The notes beneath the pieces were generated by a model. The model worked only from the letters and a program-made list of their open reading frames with translations. It was not told the origin of the DNA and searched no databases. Position numbers and translations under genes: made by a program. Below are positions 53,729 through 63,798 of a stretch of DNA of 64,000 nt, piece after piece (within the stretch, counting starts at the first letter, position 1; each line of letters begins with the position of its first letter). The stretch lies in the IMG/VR virus record IMGVR_UViG_3300007513_000028, positions 5,674 to 69,673 of that record. The stretch is one strand, 5' to 3'. The DNA comes from a virus.

Positions 53729-55337
53729 TGACGCATATCTGGGCAACCCGCTCCTAAAACCAGCCGGGGTTCCTCATAACTATACCGAAGAGGAATTGTC
53801 GGAGTATATCAAATGCTCCAAGAAGCCACAGTATTTTATTGAGAACTACATCAAGGTGGTTCATGTGGATGAAGGGCTGATTCCCTTCAAGCTATACAAA
53901 TTTCAAAAACAAATGGTCAAGACGATTCATAACAATCGGTTCTCTATTTTCTGTACACCGAGACAGGTAGGCAAATCCACCACGGTTGTCTCATATTTCC
54001 TTTGGTATATCCTGTTCAACGAGTCAGTCAACATTGCCATCCTGGCCAACAAGGGCTCACTCGCACGGGACATCCTGGGCAGACTCCAGCTTGCATACGA
54101 AAACCTTCCGAAGTTCTTGCAGCAGGGTGTTCTTGTGTGGAACAAGGGCAACCTCGAAATTGAAAACGGTTCCAAAGTGGTCGCCGCATCCACTTCCAGT
54201 TCGGCAATTCGTGGTGGTTCCTATAACATGATTCTTCTTGACGAGTTTGCATTCGTTCCGCCAAACATTGCCGATGAGTTCATGTCTTCTGTCTATCCTA
54301 CGATTTCTTCGGGTACATCCACAAAGATTGTGGTTGTTTCCACTCCAAACGGATTGAATCACTTCTATAAGATGTGGGAGGATGCAAAGGACAAGAAGAA
54401 CAACTATGTGCCCCTTGAAGTCCATTGGACAGATGTCCCTGGAAGGGACAATCTATGGAAAACCGAAACCATTCGCAACATCGGAAAGGAACGCTGGGCC
54501 CAGGAGTTTGAAGGAGAGTTTGTCGGCGGCCTGAACACGCTGATTTCTGGAAGCACATTAAAAAACATGGTGTTCAAGAATCCTGTCGAAAATAATAAAG
54601 GTCTTGATATATATGAATTGCCCAAAGAAGACCATCTGTATGTAATGACGGTAGATGTGTCTCTCGGAGAAGACCTTGATTATTCTGCATTCTCTGTCAT
54701 TGATGCAACAGAGTTTCCGTATAAACAGGTTGCCAAGTATCGCAATGCCTCAATTACCCCTCTGATATATCCTAATGTCATTGCATCGGTGGCTGAGAAA
54801 TATAATCAAGCCTATGTTCTTGTGGAAGTCAATGGAATTGGAAAACAGGTTGCCGACATTCTCCACAACGAAATTGAATATGAAAATATTGTGATGATTT
54901 CCACACGCGGCCGCGCAGGGCAAGTATTTGATTCTGGATTCGGCAAAGGCACCACAGACCTGGGACTCACCATGTCCAAGAAAGTCAAACAGGTCGGATG
55001 TTCCATGCTCAAAAGTCTGATCGAAGAGAGTAAATTAATTGTCAATGATTTTGATACCATTTCAGAATTGAGTTCTTTTGTTTCCAAGGCAGGGTCATAC
55101 GAAGCTGATGTCGGATGTCATGATGATCTTGTGATGACGCTTTTGTTGTTTGCATGGCTGTCTTCTCAGCCACATTTCAAGGACATCACAGACCTTGACA
55201 TCCGAAAACAACTCTTAGAAGAGAAGATGCGACTATTGGAAGAAGATATTTTACCTTTTGGTTTTGTGGATGCCGGAATGGAAGAACAAACATTTACGGA
55301 TGGCGACGGGCAAGTTTGGTTTCATGTAAATGATTGA
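53721..55337 (+). CDS. gp17: Terminase large subunit gp17
   Basis: YLGNP.LK, Walker A PRQVGKST, Walker B ILLDEFAF, STPNG.NHFY and HDDLVM motifs. Confidence 0.97.
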   Translation: MGDDAYLGNPLLKPAGVPHNYTEEELSEYIKCSKKPQYFIENYIKVVHVDEGLIPFKLYKFQKQMVKTIHNNRFSIFCTPRQVGKSTTVVSYFLWYILFNESVNIAILANKGSLARDILGRLQLAYENLPKFLQQGVLVWNKGNLEIENGSKVVAASTSSSAIRGGSYNMILLDEFAFVPPNIADEFMSSVYPTISSGTSTKIVVVSTPNGLNHFYKMWEDAKDKKNNYVPLEVHWTDVPGRDNLWKTETIRNIGKERWAQEFEGEFVGGLNTLISGSTLKNMVFKNPVENNKGLDIYELPKEDHLYVMTVDVSLGEDLDYSAFSVIDATEFPYKQVAKYRNASITPLIYPNVIASVAEKYNQAYVLVEVNGIGKQVADILHNEIEYENIVMISTRGRAGQVFDSGFGKGTTDLGLTMSKKVKQVGCSMLKSLIEESKLIVNDFDTISELSSFVSKAGSYEADVGCHDDLVMTLLLFAWLSSQPHFKDITDLDIRKQLLEEKMRLLEEDILPFGFVDAGMEEQTFTDGDGQVWFHVND

Positions 55338-55354
55338 ATGAAAAACTCCTTTTT

Positions 55355-55362
55355 TATAAATA
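55355..55362 (+). promoter_or_regulatory. T4-type late promoter TATAAATA
   Basis: Exact consensus upstream of gp18. Confidence 0.88.
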
Positions 55363-55419
55363 TTCAGGAATTAGTTTATGGTCATTTGAGCTTGCCATAT
55401 CCTCAAAGGAGAAAATACA

Positions 55420-57171
55420 ATGCCATTTCAAGTTTCCCCCGGTGTAAATGTATCTGAAATTGACTTGACGACTGTCATCCCCGCAGTCTCGACTGCCATC
55501 GGTGCATTTGCAGGACGGTTCACATGGGGCCCCGTAGACAAGGTTACTCTGGTCAACTCAGAAGACACCCTCGTTTCTATGTTTGGAAAGCCCGATTCAA
55601 ATACCGATGTTGATTTTTTTACTGCCGCAAACTTCTTGGCGTATTCAAATGCCCTGCGACTGGTTCGCGTTGCTCCCACAACGGCATATAATGCCCACGA
55701 AAATTCTTTAGGGACAGGAGTTCAAATCAAAAATAATGAAGACTTTGATGGAAATGAGCCTACAAGCAATACCTTTTTTGCCAAGTATCCAGGGCAACTT
55801 GGAAATCAACTGACTGTTGAACTCTGTGACCATGCCGGAACGATTAACGGGGCAAACGGATTCTCCAATTGGTGGCCAAACACATACTTCTCTGATGCTC
55901 CGGGAACATCCGATTGGGCAGCCGACCGTAGTGCAACTGGCGACGAACTGCATATTGCAGTCATTGACTCTCCCCTTGGGCACTTTTCTGGTGTTGCAAA
56001 CGGTGTGCTGGAATTGTATCCCTTTCTTTCAAAGGCATCGGATGCAAAAGATAATGCCGGAGACAATATTTACTTCAAGACGGTAATTAATAACAAATCT
56101 AAGTATATTCGAGTTGCGTCGGCAACTGCGGCAACCGAAGCCACTTATGGAACGCTTGCGGCAGACGGCACCACGTTTGGAAATACTGCCGCCGGTCGGG
56201 CATCTCTGAAACTCGGAGGAGGATCAGATGGACCCGCAAACTTTTCTGCGGCAACCTTCCAGACTGGATATGACCGTTTTGCAGATTCCGACCAAGAAGA
56301 TGTTTCCTTAATCATGGCAGGAGCGGGCGGCGCATCGGTTTCTGGCGAAGGCGACCGAGAAACCAATATCAAGTATGCAATTGATATTGCAACCACGCGC
56401 AAGGACGCCGTAACATTCTATTCTCCCACCAAGGAGGATATTGTACAGGCATCCGATGCTGCCACCGCCCTGGATAATGTTACCAACAAACTCACAGGAT
56501 TCAAGCCCAATAAAATCAACAAAAATACATCCTATGCATTCTGCGATAGTGGATGGAAGTATCAGTATGACAAGTACAATGATGTCTATCGTTGGGTTCC
56601 TCTGAATGGCGACATTGCAGGTCTGACTGCACGGACGGACAACACAAGAGATACATGGTGGAGTCCTGCCGGATACAACCGTGGTCAAATCAAGAACGTT
56701 GTCAAGTTGGCATACAACCCTTCAAAGGCACATCGGGACGAACTATACAAGAATGGAGTGAACCCCGTTGTGACATTCCCGGGCCAAGGAACACTTCTCT
56801 ATGGGGACAAGACCTCTCAGAGCAAGCCAAGTGCCTTTGACCGAATCAATGTCCGACGATTGTTCATCCTATTGGAAAAGGCAATCTCGACTGCCGCCAA
56901 GTTCTCACTCTTTGAATTCAATGACGAGTTCACTCGGGCTCAATTCCGAAACATGGTTGAACCATTCCTTCGGGATGTCAAGGGTCGAAGAGGTATCAAT
57001 GAGTTCAAGGTTGTGTGTGACGAAACAAACAATCCGGGGAGCGTCATTGACCGAAATGAATTCGTTGGTGATATTTACATCAAACCTGCTCGCTCAATCA
57101 ACTTCATTCAGTTGAACTTTATTGCCGTCAAGACTGGGGTTGATTTCTCAGAAGTTGTAGGCAAATTCTAA
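55420..57171 (+). CDS. gp18: Tail sheath protein gp18
   Basis: SPGVNVSEIDLT, WWSPAGYNRG, AFDRINVRRLF and FEFNDEFTR motifs. Confidence 0.97.
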   Translation: MPFQVSPGVNVSEIDLTTVIPAVSTAIGAFAGRFTWGPVDKVTLVNSEDTLVSMFGKPDSNTDVDFFTAANFLAYSNALRLVRVAPTTAYNAHENSLGTGVQIKNNEDFDGNEPTSNTFFAKYPGQLGNQLTVELCDHAGTINGANGFSNWWPNTYFSDAPGTSDWAADRSATGDELHIAVIDSPLGHFSGVANGVLELYPFLSKASDAKDNAGDNIYFKTVINNKSKYIRVASATAATEATYGTLAADGTTFGNTAAGRASLKLGGGSDGPANFSAATFQTGYDRFADSDQEDVSLIMAGAGGASVSGEGDRETNIKYAIDIATTRKDAVTFYSPTKEDIVQASDAATALDNVTNKLTGFKPNKINKNTSYAFCDSGWKYQYDKYNDVYRWVPLNGDIAGLTARTDNTRDTWWSPAGYNRGQIKNVVKLAYNPSKAHRDELYKNGVNPVVTFPGQGTLLYGDKTSQSKPSAFDRINVRRLFILLEKAISTAAKFSLFEFNDEFTRAQFRNMVEPFLRDVKGRRGINEFKVVCDETNNPGSVIDRNEFVGDIYIKPARSINFIQLNFIAVKTGVDFSEVVGKF

Positions 57172-57180
57172 GGATTAGAG

Positions 57181-57188
57181 CATAAATA
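57181..57188 (+). promoter_or_regulatory. Late promoter variant CATAAATA
   Basis: One mismatch to consensus, intergenic upstream of gp19. Confidence 0.7.
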
Positions 57189-57219
57189 GAATTAGGATAC
57201 ATATCAAGGAGAGTAAATA

Positions 57220-57762
57220 ATGCCTTTTTCAATTAATAATTTCAGAGCCGAGCTTGTTGGCCAGGGTGCCCGACCCAATCTATATGAGGTCACGATTCCC
57301 TTTCCGGGTGCAGTAAATCCCGGCGAAGCGGGTCAGAAAATGACTTTTATGTGCAAGGGTGCCCAGATTCCCGGAGCAGACATCGGTCTTGTTGAAGTTC
57401 CCTACTTTGGTAGGAATATTAAGTTGGCAGGCAATCGAACGTTTGCCGAATGGACAACGACTGTCATTAATGACGAAGACTTTGCCATTCATGCCGGGCT
57501 TGTCAATTGGATGAATTCCATCCAGGGACATGGCGAAAACTTGAGGACTATTGCAGGAAATGATTATCAGGTTGATGCACAGGTGACGCATTACAAGAAA
57601 GAGGGTGAAGTTGCCAAAATGATTACCATGATTAATTGTTGGCCTTCCTCGGTTGCAGCCATTGAATTAGGATGGGATCAAAATGATGCAGTCGAAGAGT
57701 TTGCCGTCACATGGCAATATGATTACTGGCAGATTGCAGACGACAAGACACAAACAACCTAA
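57220..57762 (+). CDS. gp19: Tail tube protein gp19
   Basis: GARPNLYEV, VPYFGR.IKLAGNRTF.EW..TV.NDEDF and EEF.VTW.YDYW motifs. Confidence 0.96.
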   Translation: MPFSINNFRAELVGQGARPNLYEVTIPFPGAVNPGEAGQKMTFMCKGAQIPGADIGLVEVPYFGRNIKLAGNRTFAEWTTTVINDEDFAIHAGLVNWMNSIQGHGENLRTIAGNDYQVDAQVTHYKKEGEVAKMITMINCWPSSVAAIELGWDQNDAVEEFAVTWQYDYWQIADDKTQTT

Positions 57763-57768
57763 TCAAAA

Positions 57769-57835
57769 CCTATCCGGCAGGGGAACATATATACACATAT
57801 AGGTATTATATATCAATCCACCCCTGCTGGAGAGG
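57769..57835 (+). promoter_or_regulatory. Long inverted repeat that would pair with the gp20 ribosome-binding site
   Basis: cctatccggcagggg (57769-57783) pairs with cccctgctggagagg (57821-57835), with one mismatch and one G-U pair. Confidence 0.6.
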
Positions 57836-57844
57836 CTACATTTT

Positions 57845-59530
57845 ATGGCAATTAAATTATTAGGCTTCACAATTGGAAGGGACAAAGAAGATGTTCCCGA
57901 AGAACGTCTTCAATCGTTTTCTCTTCCAGAAAATCTTGATGCAGCATTAACCGTAGAGTCGGCGCCCAATGTAACTGGTGGTGCCTATGGAACGTATCTT
58001 GATCTTGAGGGTTCTGTCAAGGATGAAATTGAGTTAATCACTCGTTATCGCGAAATGTCCATGAACCCAGAGGTCGAGCTTGCCATTGATGATATTATAA
58101 ATGAAGCAGTCATCACAGAGCAAGGAAAGTCTCCTGTTGCAATTTCTCTTGGTGGGATTGACATTCCAGACTCAATCAAGAATAAAATTTCAGATGAGTT
58201 TGATGAAGTTTTGCGCTTGCTCTCTTTTCATGAATTTGCCTATGACATATTTAAAAAGTGGTATGTTGATGGAAGATTATATTATCATGTAATGATTGAT
58301 ACCAAGAATCCAAGAGATGGTATTCAAGAACTTCGCCCGGTTGATCCAAGACAAGTCAAAAAGGTGCGCGAGGTCAAGGGAAAGAATTCTCAAAACAAAT
58401 CATTGGTATCTTTGCCCAAGAATGTAACTGAATATTACTTGTATTATCCGGGCGGCATTGCCCCAAGAGTTGGATATAGTAGCAGCAGCGATCAAACTGG
58501 CCTGCGAATTGCGAAGGACAGCATATCACATATTCATTCCGGTATTCTTGACCCCACAAAGAAAATGATTTTGGGCAATCTTCATAAGGCAATCAAGCCC
58601 ATGAATCAACTCAAAATGCTTGAAGACGCAACAGTCATCTATCGAATTTCTCGGGCCCCGGAAAGGCGCATCTTTTATGTCGATGTCGGAAACCTTCCAA
58701 AGATAAAAGCAGAACAATATCTTTCGAGTATTATGTCAAAGTTCAAGAACAAGGTCGTGTATGATACTGCCACCGGAGAGGTGCGTGATGACCGCAAGCA
58801 CATGTCCATGCTTGAAGACTACTGGCTTCCCCGTAGAGAGGGCGGCCGTGGTACGGAAATCACGACACTTCCCGGAGGCACAAATCTTGGAGAGATTGAA
58901 GACATTATCTACTTCAAGAAGAAACTCTACAAGGCATTGGGTGTTCCTGTTTCAAGGCTTGAACCAGAGGGATCGTTTTCTTTGGGTCGAGCAACAGAAA
59001 TCACACGCGATGAAGTCAAGTTTGGTAAGTTTGTCAATCGACTTCGTTACCGATTCTCTACGTTGTTTGATGATTTGCTCGGAAAGCAATTACAACTCAA
59101 GGGCATTTTGTCCAAAGAAGACTGGGATGTCATCAAGACGTTGGTAGAATATAATTTCCGACAAGATTCACACTTTGCCGAACTCAAGCACACGGAAATT
59201 ATGCGCGAGCGGATGGAAATTGCACAGACAATGGATGAATATATTGGCAAATATTATTCTCAAGAATGGCTTCGTAAGAATGTTCTTTCTCAGACAGAAG
59301 AGGAAATCAAACAAATAGATAATGAAATTGCCGATGAAGTCAAAGAGGGAGATATTGACCCGGATGCGATTCTTGGAAATCATGAAGAAGAAGACGATTC
59401 AGATAACAATGGTGCCGACAGAAATCCTCAGAGGCAGCAACAACAGGAAACGTCATCCCCAAAAGACAAATTAAAAACAATTAAACTGGTGAATGCCAAA
59501 CAAAGACAACTTGCTGAAGATGCTAAGTAA
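57845..59530 (+). CDS. gp20: Portal protein gp20
   Basis: WYVDGRLYYH, IYRISRAPERRIFYVDVGNLPK and EDYWLPRREGGRGTEITTLPGG motifs. Confidence 0.97.
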   Translation: MAIKLLGFTIGRDKEDVPEERLQSFSLPENLDAALTVESAPNVTGGAYGTYLDLEGSVKDEIELITRYREMSMNPEVELAIDDIINEAVITEQGKSPVAISLGGIDIPDSIKNKISDEFDEVLRLLSFHEFAYDIFKKWYVDGRLYYHVMIDTKNPRDGIQELRPVDPRQVKKVREVKGKNSQNKSLVSLPKNVTEYYLYYPGGIAPRVGYSSSSDQTGLRIAKDSISHIHSGILDPTKKMILGNLHKAIKPMNQLKMLEDATVIYRISRAPERRIFYVDVGNLPKIKAEQYLSSIMSKFKNKVVYDTATGEVRDDRKHMSMLEDYWLPRREGGRGTEITTLPGGTNLGEIEDIIYFKKKLYKALGVPVSRLEPEGSFSLGRATEITRDEVKFGKFVNRLRYRFSTLFDDLLGKQLQLKGILSKEDWDVIKTLVEYNFRQDSHFAELKHTEIMRERMEIAQTMDEYIGKYYSQEWLRKNVLSQTEEEIKQIDNEIADEVKEGDIDPDAILGNHEEEDDSDNNGADRNPQRQQQQETSSPKDKLKTIKLVNAKQRQLAEDAK

Positions 59531-59538
59531 TATAAATA
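59531..59538 (+). promoter_or_regulatory. T4-type late promoter TATAAATA
   Basis: Exact consensus immediately after the gp20 stop. Confidence 0.88.
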
Positions 59539-59558
59539 AAGAATAGGAGATATTTATA

Positions 59559-59741
59559 ATGAAAACTACAATTAAAGCGGCAATCAAAGATGCTCTTGGG
59601 GAAAAGCCTTCCGAAATGGCAGACAAGATAAATTCTGTTTTATTTTCTAAGGTTTCCGATGCCCTTAAAACGAAAAAGATGGAAGTTTCAAATCGCTGGT
59701 TGAATGATGTTGAAGCTGCATCCGAAGACGAGGAAGCATAA
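59559..59741 (+). CDS. Small prohead core protein (gp67-like position)
   Basis: Lies between gp20 and gp21, helical with an acidic C-terminus; AGGAG Shine-Dalgarno. Confidence 0.65.
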   Translation: MKTTIKAAIKDALGEKPSEMADKINSVLFSKVSDALKTKKMEVSNRWLNDVEAASEDEEA

Positions 59742-59743
59742 CA

Positions 59744-60400
59744 ATGAAGCTAATCACCGAAATCATGACAGACGAAAATATTGAGTTTGTCACAGAAGAG
59801 AATGCCAAAGGTGAAAAGAGTCATTATATCAAGGGCGTGTTCATGCAAGCCGAACAAAAGAATCGCAATGGCCGCATCTATCCCAAAGAAGTCCTGAACA
59901 AAGAAGTATACAAGTACATCGGAAACTATGTTGACCAGAACAGGGCATTTGGAGAACTTGGCCACCCCGATGGTCCGGTAGTCAACCTTGAACGAGTTTC
60001 GCATATGATTAAGGAACTCAAGGAAGATGGAAACAACTGGATTGGCAAGGCAAAGATCATGGACACTCCCTATGGCAAGATTGTCAAGAATCTCATTGAC
60101 GAAGGTGCCAAGTTGGGTGTTTCTTCACGCGGCATGGGTTCACTCAAGAATCAACGTGGAACCAATGTGGTTCAAGATGACTTTTATCTTGCAACTGCCG
60201 CAGATATTGTTGCAGACCCGTCTGCTCCAGAAGCATTTGTCGAGGGTATCATGGAGGGGAAGGAATGGATCTGGGATAATGGCGTCATACGAGAAAAAGA
60301 AATAGAACAATACAAGAAGCAAGTAAACATGGAAGCAAGAAGGAAGGAGTTGGAAGAGGCAAAGATAAATCTCTTCAAAAACTTCTTGTCAAAATTGTAG
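59744..60400 (+). CDS. gp21: Prohead protease gp21
   Basis: NRNGRIYP, GELGHP, GVSSRGMGSL and DIVADPSAP.AFV motifs. Confidence 0.97.
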   Translation: MKLITEIMTDENIEFVTEENAKGEKSHYIKGVFMQAEQKNRNGRIYPKEVLNKEVYKYIGNYVDQNRAFGELGHPDGPVVNLERVSHMIKELKEDGNNWIGKAKIMDTPYGKIVKNLIDEGAKLGVSSRGMGSLKNQRGTNVVQDDFYLATAADIVADPSAPEAFVEGIMEGKEWIWDNGVIREKEIEQYKKQVNMEARRKELEEAKINLFKNFLSKL

Positions 60401-60404
60401 GATT

Positions 60405-60412
60405 TATAAATA
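60405..60412 (+). promoter_or_regulatory. T4-type late promoter TATAAATA
   Basis: Exact consensus upstream of gp22. Confidence 0.88.
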
Positions 60413-60462
60413 ACTAAGAATAACCTTTGGATTCTTCCATTCTTTCTAAGGAGATGGATATA

Positions 60463-61731
60463 ATGGCAACCGAATTAAATACCGCAGAAATCTCAATTGA
60501 TGAAGAAATTGACCAGATTGCAAATGATATTGCAAATGAGATTGAATACGAATTGGCAGAAGATTCTACCGAATCTCCAGACAAGCCTGGAAGTGGTGCA
60601 ACTGGTTCTGCTCCTGAGAGTGGTAAGGTAACAAAGGCCGCCACACCCAAGGGCAAGAAGTTGAGCAAGAAGAAGGTCAAGGCAGGGGCAGAAACCAAGG
60701 GAGAGGGCGACGATCCTTCCGAAATTGAAGTCTATGAAGAAGAAGAGACTAATGCGGAAGAGTCTGCCGAAGAGGTGGCCGAAGAGAGCGACCTTCCCAC
60801 GACCAAGCAAGAAATGATTCGTTCAATCTTTGAAACCATGAAGGACACAGATGCCGAAAAGCTGGCAGGTGCATATGCCAAGCTCATGGACGACCTTCTT
60901 GGAGAAGCTGTAGAAGAAGATGAGGATGACGATTCAATTGAAATTCCCCTTTCCATTGAGCGCACGGTCATTACCAGCGATGATATTGATATTTCAGAAG
61001 ACCTTAATGCAATCTTTGGAGAGAATGATCTCTCAGAAGAATTCAAGTCACAGGTTCAGACAATTTTTGAAGCTGCCGTGGTTGCAAAGATTAATTCTGA
61101 ACTGGAATCAATGGAAGCATCATTTGGTGCCAAGTTGCAGGAATCAGAGGCATCCATCCTTTCCACAATCACCGACAAGGTGGATAGTTATCTGTCCTAT
61201 GTTGTAGAAGAATGGATCAAGGACAACGAACTTGCAATCGAGCGCGGGATCAAGTCGGAAATTACCGAAGAATTTATTGGTGGACTCAAGCAACTGTTTG
61301 AAGACCATTACATTGATGTTCCAGAAGAGAAGGTCGATGTGGTAGACAGTCTTGCCGAGCGAGTTGACCAGTTGGAACAAGAACTCAATGAAACCGTCGA
61401 AAAAAATATTGACCTTTTTTCAAAGGTCAAAGGATTTCAAAAGGATGAAATTCTGACAAGCCTTTCTGATGAACTGACTGATATTGAATCAGAGAAGATG
61501 AAGGGCCTTGCAGAGGGAGTTGCTTTTGAAGATGTAGACCAATATCGAACTGCTCTTGAGACAATTAAAGAGAATTATTTCCCAAGGACAGTTCATGGAA
61601 AGACGACCACCCTTGATGAAGAGTTTGAAGTTTCTGAGAATGGTCTTGCAGGCACCGAAGAGGCACCACCAAACTCTACGATGGCTGCATATGTAAGTAC
61701 GCTTGGAAGAACTGTTGTTGAAAATCAATAA
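60463..61731 (+). CDS. gp22: Prohead core scaffold gp22 (start reassigned to ATG 60463)
   Basis: LSEEFK..TIFEAAV, VDSYLSYVVEEW..NELAIE.G and LKQLFEDHYIDVPEEK motifs; AAGGAG at 60448-60453. Confidence 0.93.
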   Translation: MATELNTAEISIDEEIDQIANDIANEIEYELAEDSTESPDKPGSGATGSAPESGKVTKAATPKGKKLSKKKVKAGAETKGEGDDPSEIEVYEEEETNAEESAEEVAEESDLPTTKQEMIRSIFETMKDTDAEKLAGAYAKLMDDLLGEAVEEDEDDDSIEIPLSIERTVITSDDIDISEDLNAIFGENDLSEEFKSQVQTIFEAAVVAKINSELESMEASFGAKLQESEASILSTITDKVDSYLSYVVEEWIKDNELAIERGIKSEITEEFIGGLKQLFEDHYIDVPEEKVDVVDSLAERVDQLEQELNETVEKNIDLFSKVKGFQKDEILTSLSDELTDIESEKMKGLAEGVAFEDVDQYRTALETIKENYFPRTVHGKTTTLDEEFEVSENGLAGTEEAPPNSTMAAYVSTLGRTVVENQ

Positions 61732-61733
61732 TT

Positions 61734-61741
61734 TATAAATA
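61734..61741 (+). promoter_or_regulatory. T4-type late promoter TATAAATA
   Basis: Exact consensus upstream of gp23. Confidence 0.9.
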
Positions 61742-61800
61742 AACATTAGGATACTGTTGAAGAGATTATCTAATTCAACGATTTTTTAAGGAGTAAACAC

Positions 61801-63144
61801 ATGTTGAATGAACAGCTAGTTAACAAATGGCAACCAGTTCTTGACCATACGGATCTTCCTGAGATCAAGAATAATTACCGAAAGGTTGTCACAGCACACA
61901 TGCTTGAGCAGCAAGAGATAGCTCTTCAAGAACAAGCATCAGTAACAGGAGCGGGTTCGACAAGTCTTCTTGGCGAATCTCTTGCCCCAGAAACAGTCAC
62001 GGGCGATGTTGCCAAGTTTGACCCTGTTCTTATCAGCCTTGTGCGACGAACTGCTCCTAATCTCATTGCATTTGATGTCATGGGTGTCCAGCCAATGTCC
62101 GGCCCGACGGGTCTGATTTTTGCACTTCGCCCAACATATGGCACGCGGAACGAAGGCGATGCCGATGGCGCAAATGCATTCTACGACGAAGCCAAGTCTG
62201 GTTATTCGGCTGCCAATCCAAACACAGGCGCAAACAAGCCTGTCTGGAATGGCACCGGGCACGCCAACCTCATGTTCAATGCCGCGTCAACCGAAGATGT
62301 TGGTATTCTTACAGGTAACACGACAGCAAAGGGCGAGGCATGGGGCTCTGCTGCAACCAACCAGATTCCTTCCATGTCATTCAAGATCGACAAGTCGAGT
62401 GTGACTGCCGTTACTCGGGCCCTCAAGGCAGAGTATTCGGTAGAACTGGCACAGGACTTGAAGGCAATTCATGGTCTTGATGCCGAGACTGAGCTTGCAA
62501 ATATTCTCACGACCGAGATCAACGCAGAAATCAATCGTGAAATTGTTCGCTCGATTTACATGAGTTGTACTGGCAGACCTGCCATTGACGCCCGAGGTGC
62601 CGCACCTTCTGGTAATAATGCAGCAGGGCTTGGTTCACTTGATGGTCGCTGGCTTGTGGAGCGATTCAAGGCTCTTGTCTACAAGATTGAGACAGAAGCC
62701 AATGCCATTGCAAAGAACACTCGTCGAGGGAAGGGCAACTTCATTCTCTGCTCAAGTGATGTTGCTTCTGCTCTTGCAACGGCTGGTGTTCTTGACCCGA
62801 CTGCCGCACTCACGGTAGACGACACAGGAAGCACATTTGCCGGAACCATTGGTGCAGGACTCAAGGTCTACATTGACCCCTACTCCTTCACCGCAGACGA
62901 CTTTGTGTGTGTCGGATATAAGGGATCGTCGCCATATGACGCAGGAATGTTCTACTGCCCATACGTTCCACTCCAGATGGTCCGTGCAATTGGCGAGGAA
63001 ACATTCCAACCCAAGATTGGATTCAAGACCCGCTACGGTGTCGGTGTGAATCCATTTGCAACGACAACTGGCATCTCCACCGTGGCGATTGGTCAGAACA
63101 ACCGATACTACAGGGCATTTGCAGTCAACAATCTTGCTGGCTAG
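61801..63144 (+). CDS. gp23: Major capsid protein gp23
   Basis: GVQPMSGPTGLIFA, RALKAEYS.ELAQDLKAIHGLDAE and FYCPYVPLQM..FQPKIGFKTRYG motifs. Confidence 0.98.
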   Translation: MLNEQLVNKWQPVLDHTDLPEIKNNYRKVVTAHMLEQQEIALQEQASVTGAGSTSLLGESLAPETVTGDVAKFDPVLISLVRRTAPNLIAFDVMGVQPMSGPTGLIFALRPTYGTRNEGDADGANAFYDEAKSGYSAANPNTGANKPVWNGTGHANLMFNAASTEDVGILTGNTTAKGEAWGSAATNQIPSMSFKIDKSSVTAVTRALKAEYSVELAQDLKAIHGLDAETELANILTTEINAEINREIVRSIYMSCTGRPAIDARGAAPSGNNAAGLGSLDGRWLVERFKALVYKIETEANAIAKNTRRGKGNFILCSSDVASALATAGVLDPTAALTVDDTGSTFAGTIGAGLKVYIDPYSFTADDFVCVGYKGSSPYDAGMFYCPYVPLQMVRAIGEETFQPKIGFKTRYGVGVNPFATTTGISTVAIGQNNRYYRAFAVNNLAG

Positions 63145-63160
63145 TAATACCAAGTAGTAT

Positions 63161-63218
63161 AAAAAAAGAAATCGAGGGGTGTCTTTCTCATACAGAGAGA
63201 CACTCCTCGTTTCTTTTC
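63161..63218 (+). terminator. Rho-independent terminator after gp23 (possibly bidirectional)
   Basis: Stem cgaggggtgtctttct / agagagacactcctcg with a short loop, followed by tttctttt and preceded by an A-tract. Confidence 0.85.
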
Positions 63219-63230
63219 GGCCGCCCGTCG

Positions 63231-63238
63231 CCTAAATA
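63231..63238 (+). promoter_or_regulatory. Late promoter variant CCTAAATA upstream of gp3
   Basis: TAAATA core lies between the terminator and the AGGAGG Shine-Dalgarno of gp3. Confidence 0.6.
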
Positions 63239-63258
63239 CACAATAGGAGGCACCGTGC

Positions 63259-63762
63259 ATGGCAAAATCATTCAATTCACCAGACAACATCAACTACCTA
63301 TCTCCTGTAGGGTTTCGATTTTATATTGAAGTGCTTCCGAACACCAATTGGTTTCTGACTTCGGTAAACCTCCCCGGAATCACTCTTGGTGAAGCCCCCC
63401 AGCCTACCCCATTTCTTCAGACGGCAGTCCCCGGAGACACCCTTGTTTTTGACCCATTGAACATTCAGTTTCTTGTGGACGAAGACCTTCAGAATTGGAA
63501 GGAACTCTATGACTGGATGGCTGGCCTGGGATTCCCTCACGAATATCCAGAATATGACGCCCAAAAGGAAAAGCACATTTATTCAGATGCAACGCTCACC
63601 GTCCTGAATTCAAATATGAACCCCAATTATCAAATTATATTTAAAGACCTATTTCCAACTAATTTATCAGAAGTTTTATTTGATTCGGCATCTGCCGATA
63701 TTGAAGGAATCAAGGCATCGGCAACCTTCAGGTATCTGACATATACCTACGAAAAAATTTGA
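63259..63762 (+). CDS. gp3: Tail tube terminator / tail completion gp3-like
   Basis: NYLSPVGFRF, VNLPGI.LG, FLVDEDL.NW.EL..WM, YSDATL.VLNSN and F.DLFP..LS motifs; found after gp23 as in marine T4-like phages. Confidence 0.88.
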   Translation: MAKSFNSPDNINYLSPVGFRFYIEVLPNTNWFLTSVNLPGITLGEAPQPTPFLQTAVPGDTLVFDPLNIQFLVDEDLQNWKELYDWMAGLGFPHEYPEYDAQKEKHIYSDATLTVLNSNMNPNYQIIFKDLFPTNLSEVLFDSASADIEGIKASATFRYLTYTYEKI

Positions 63763-63770
63763 GTTTGGGC

Positions 63771-63798
63771 TTGACACCTCTTGTTTGGTGATTATAAT
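63771..63798 (+). promoter_or_regulatory. Sigma70-type (early/middle) promoter
   Basis: TTGACA (63771-63776), a 16-nt spacer, then TATAAT (63793-63798), upstream of uvsY. Confidence 0.8.

Noticed and set aside
53721-63144. Inteins, introns or homing endonucleases in terminase, portal or capsid genes
   Set aside because: Lengths are typical, motifs are contiguous, and no Hint, LAGLIDADG, HNH or GIY-YIG signatures were seen.
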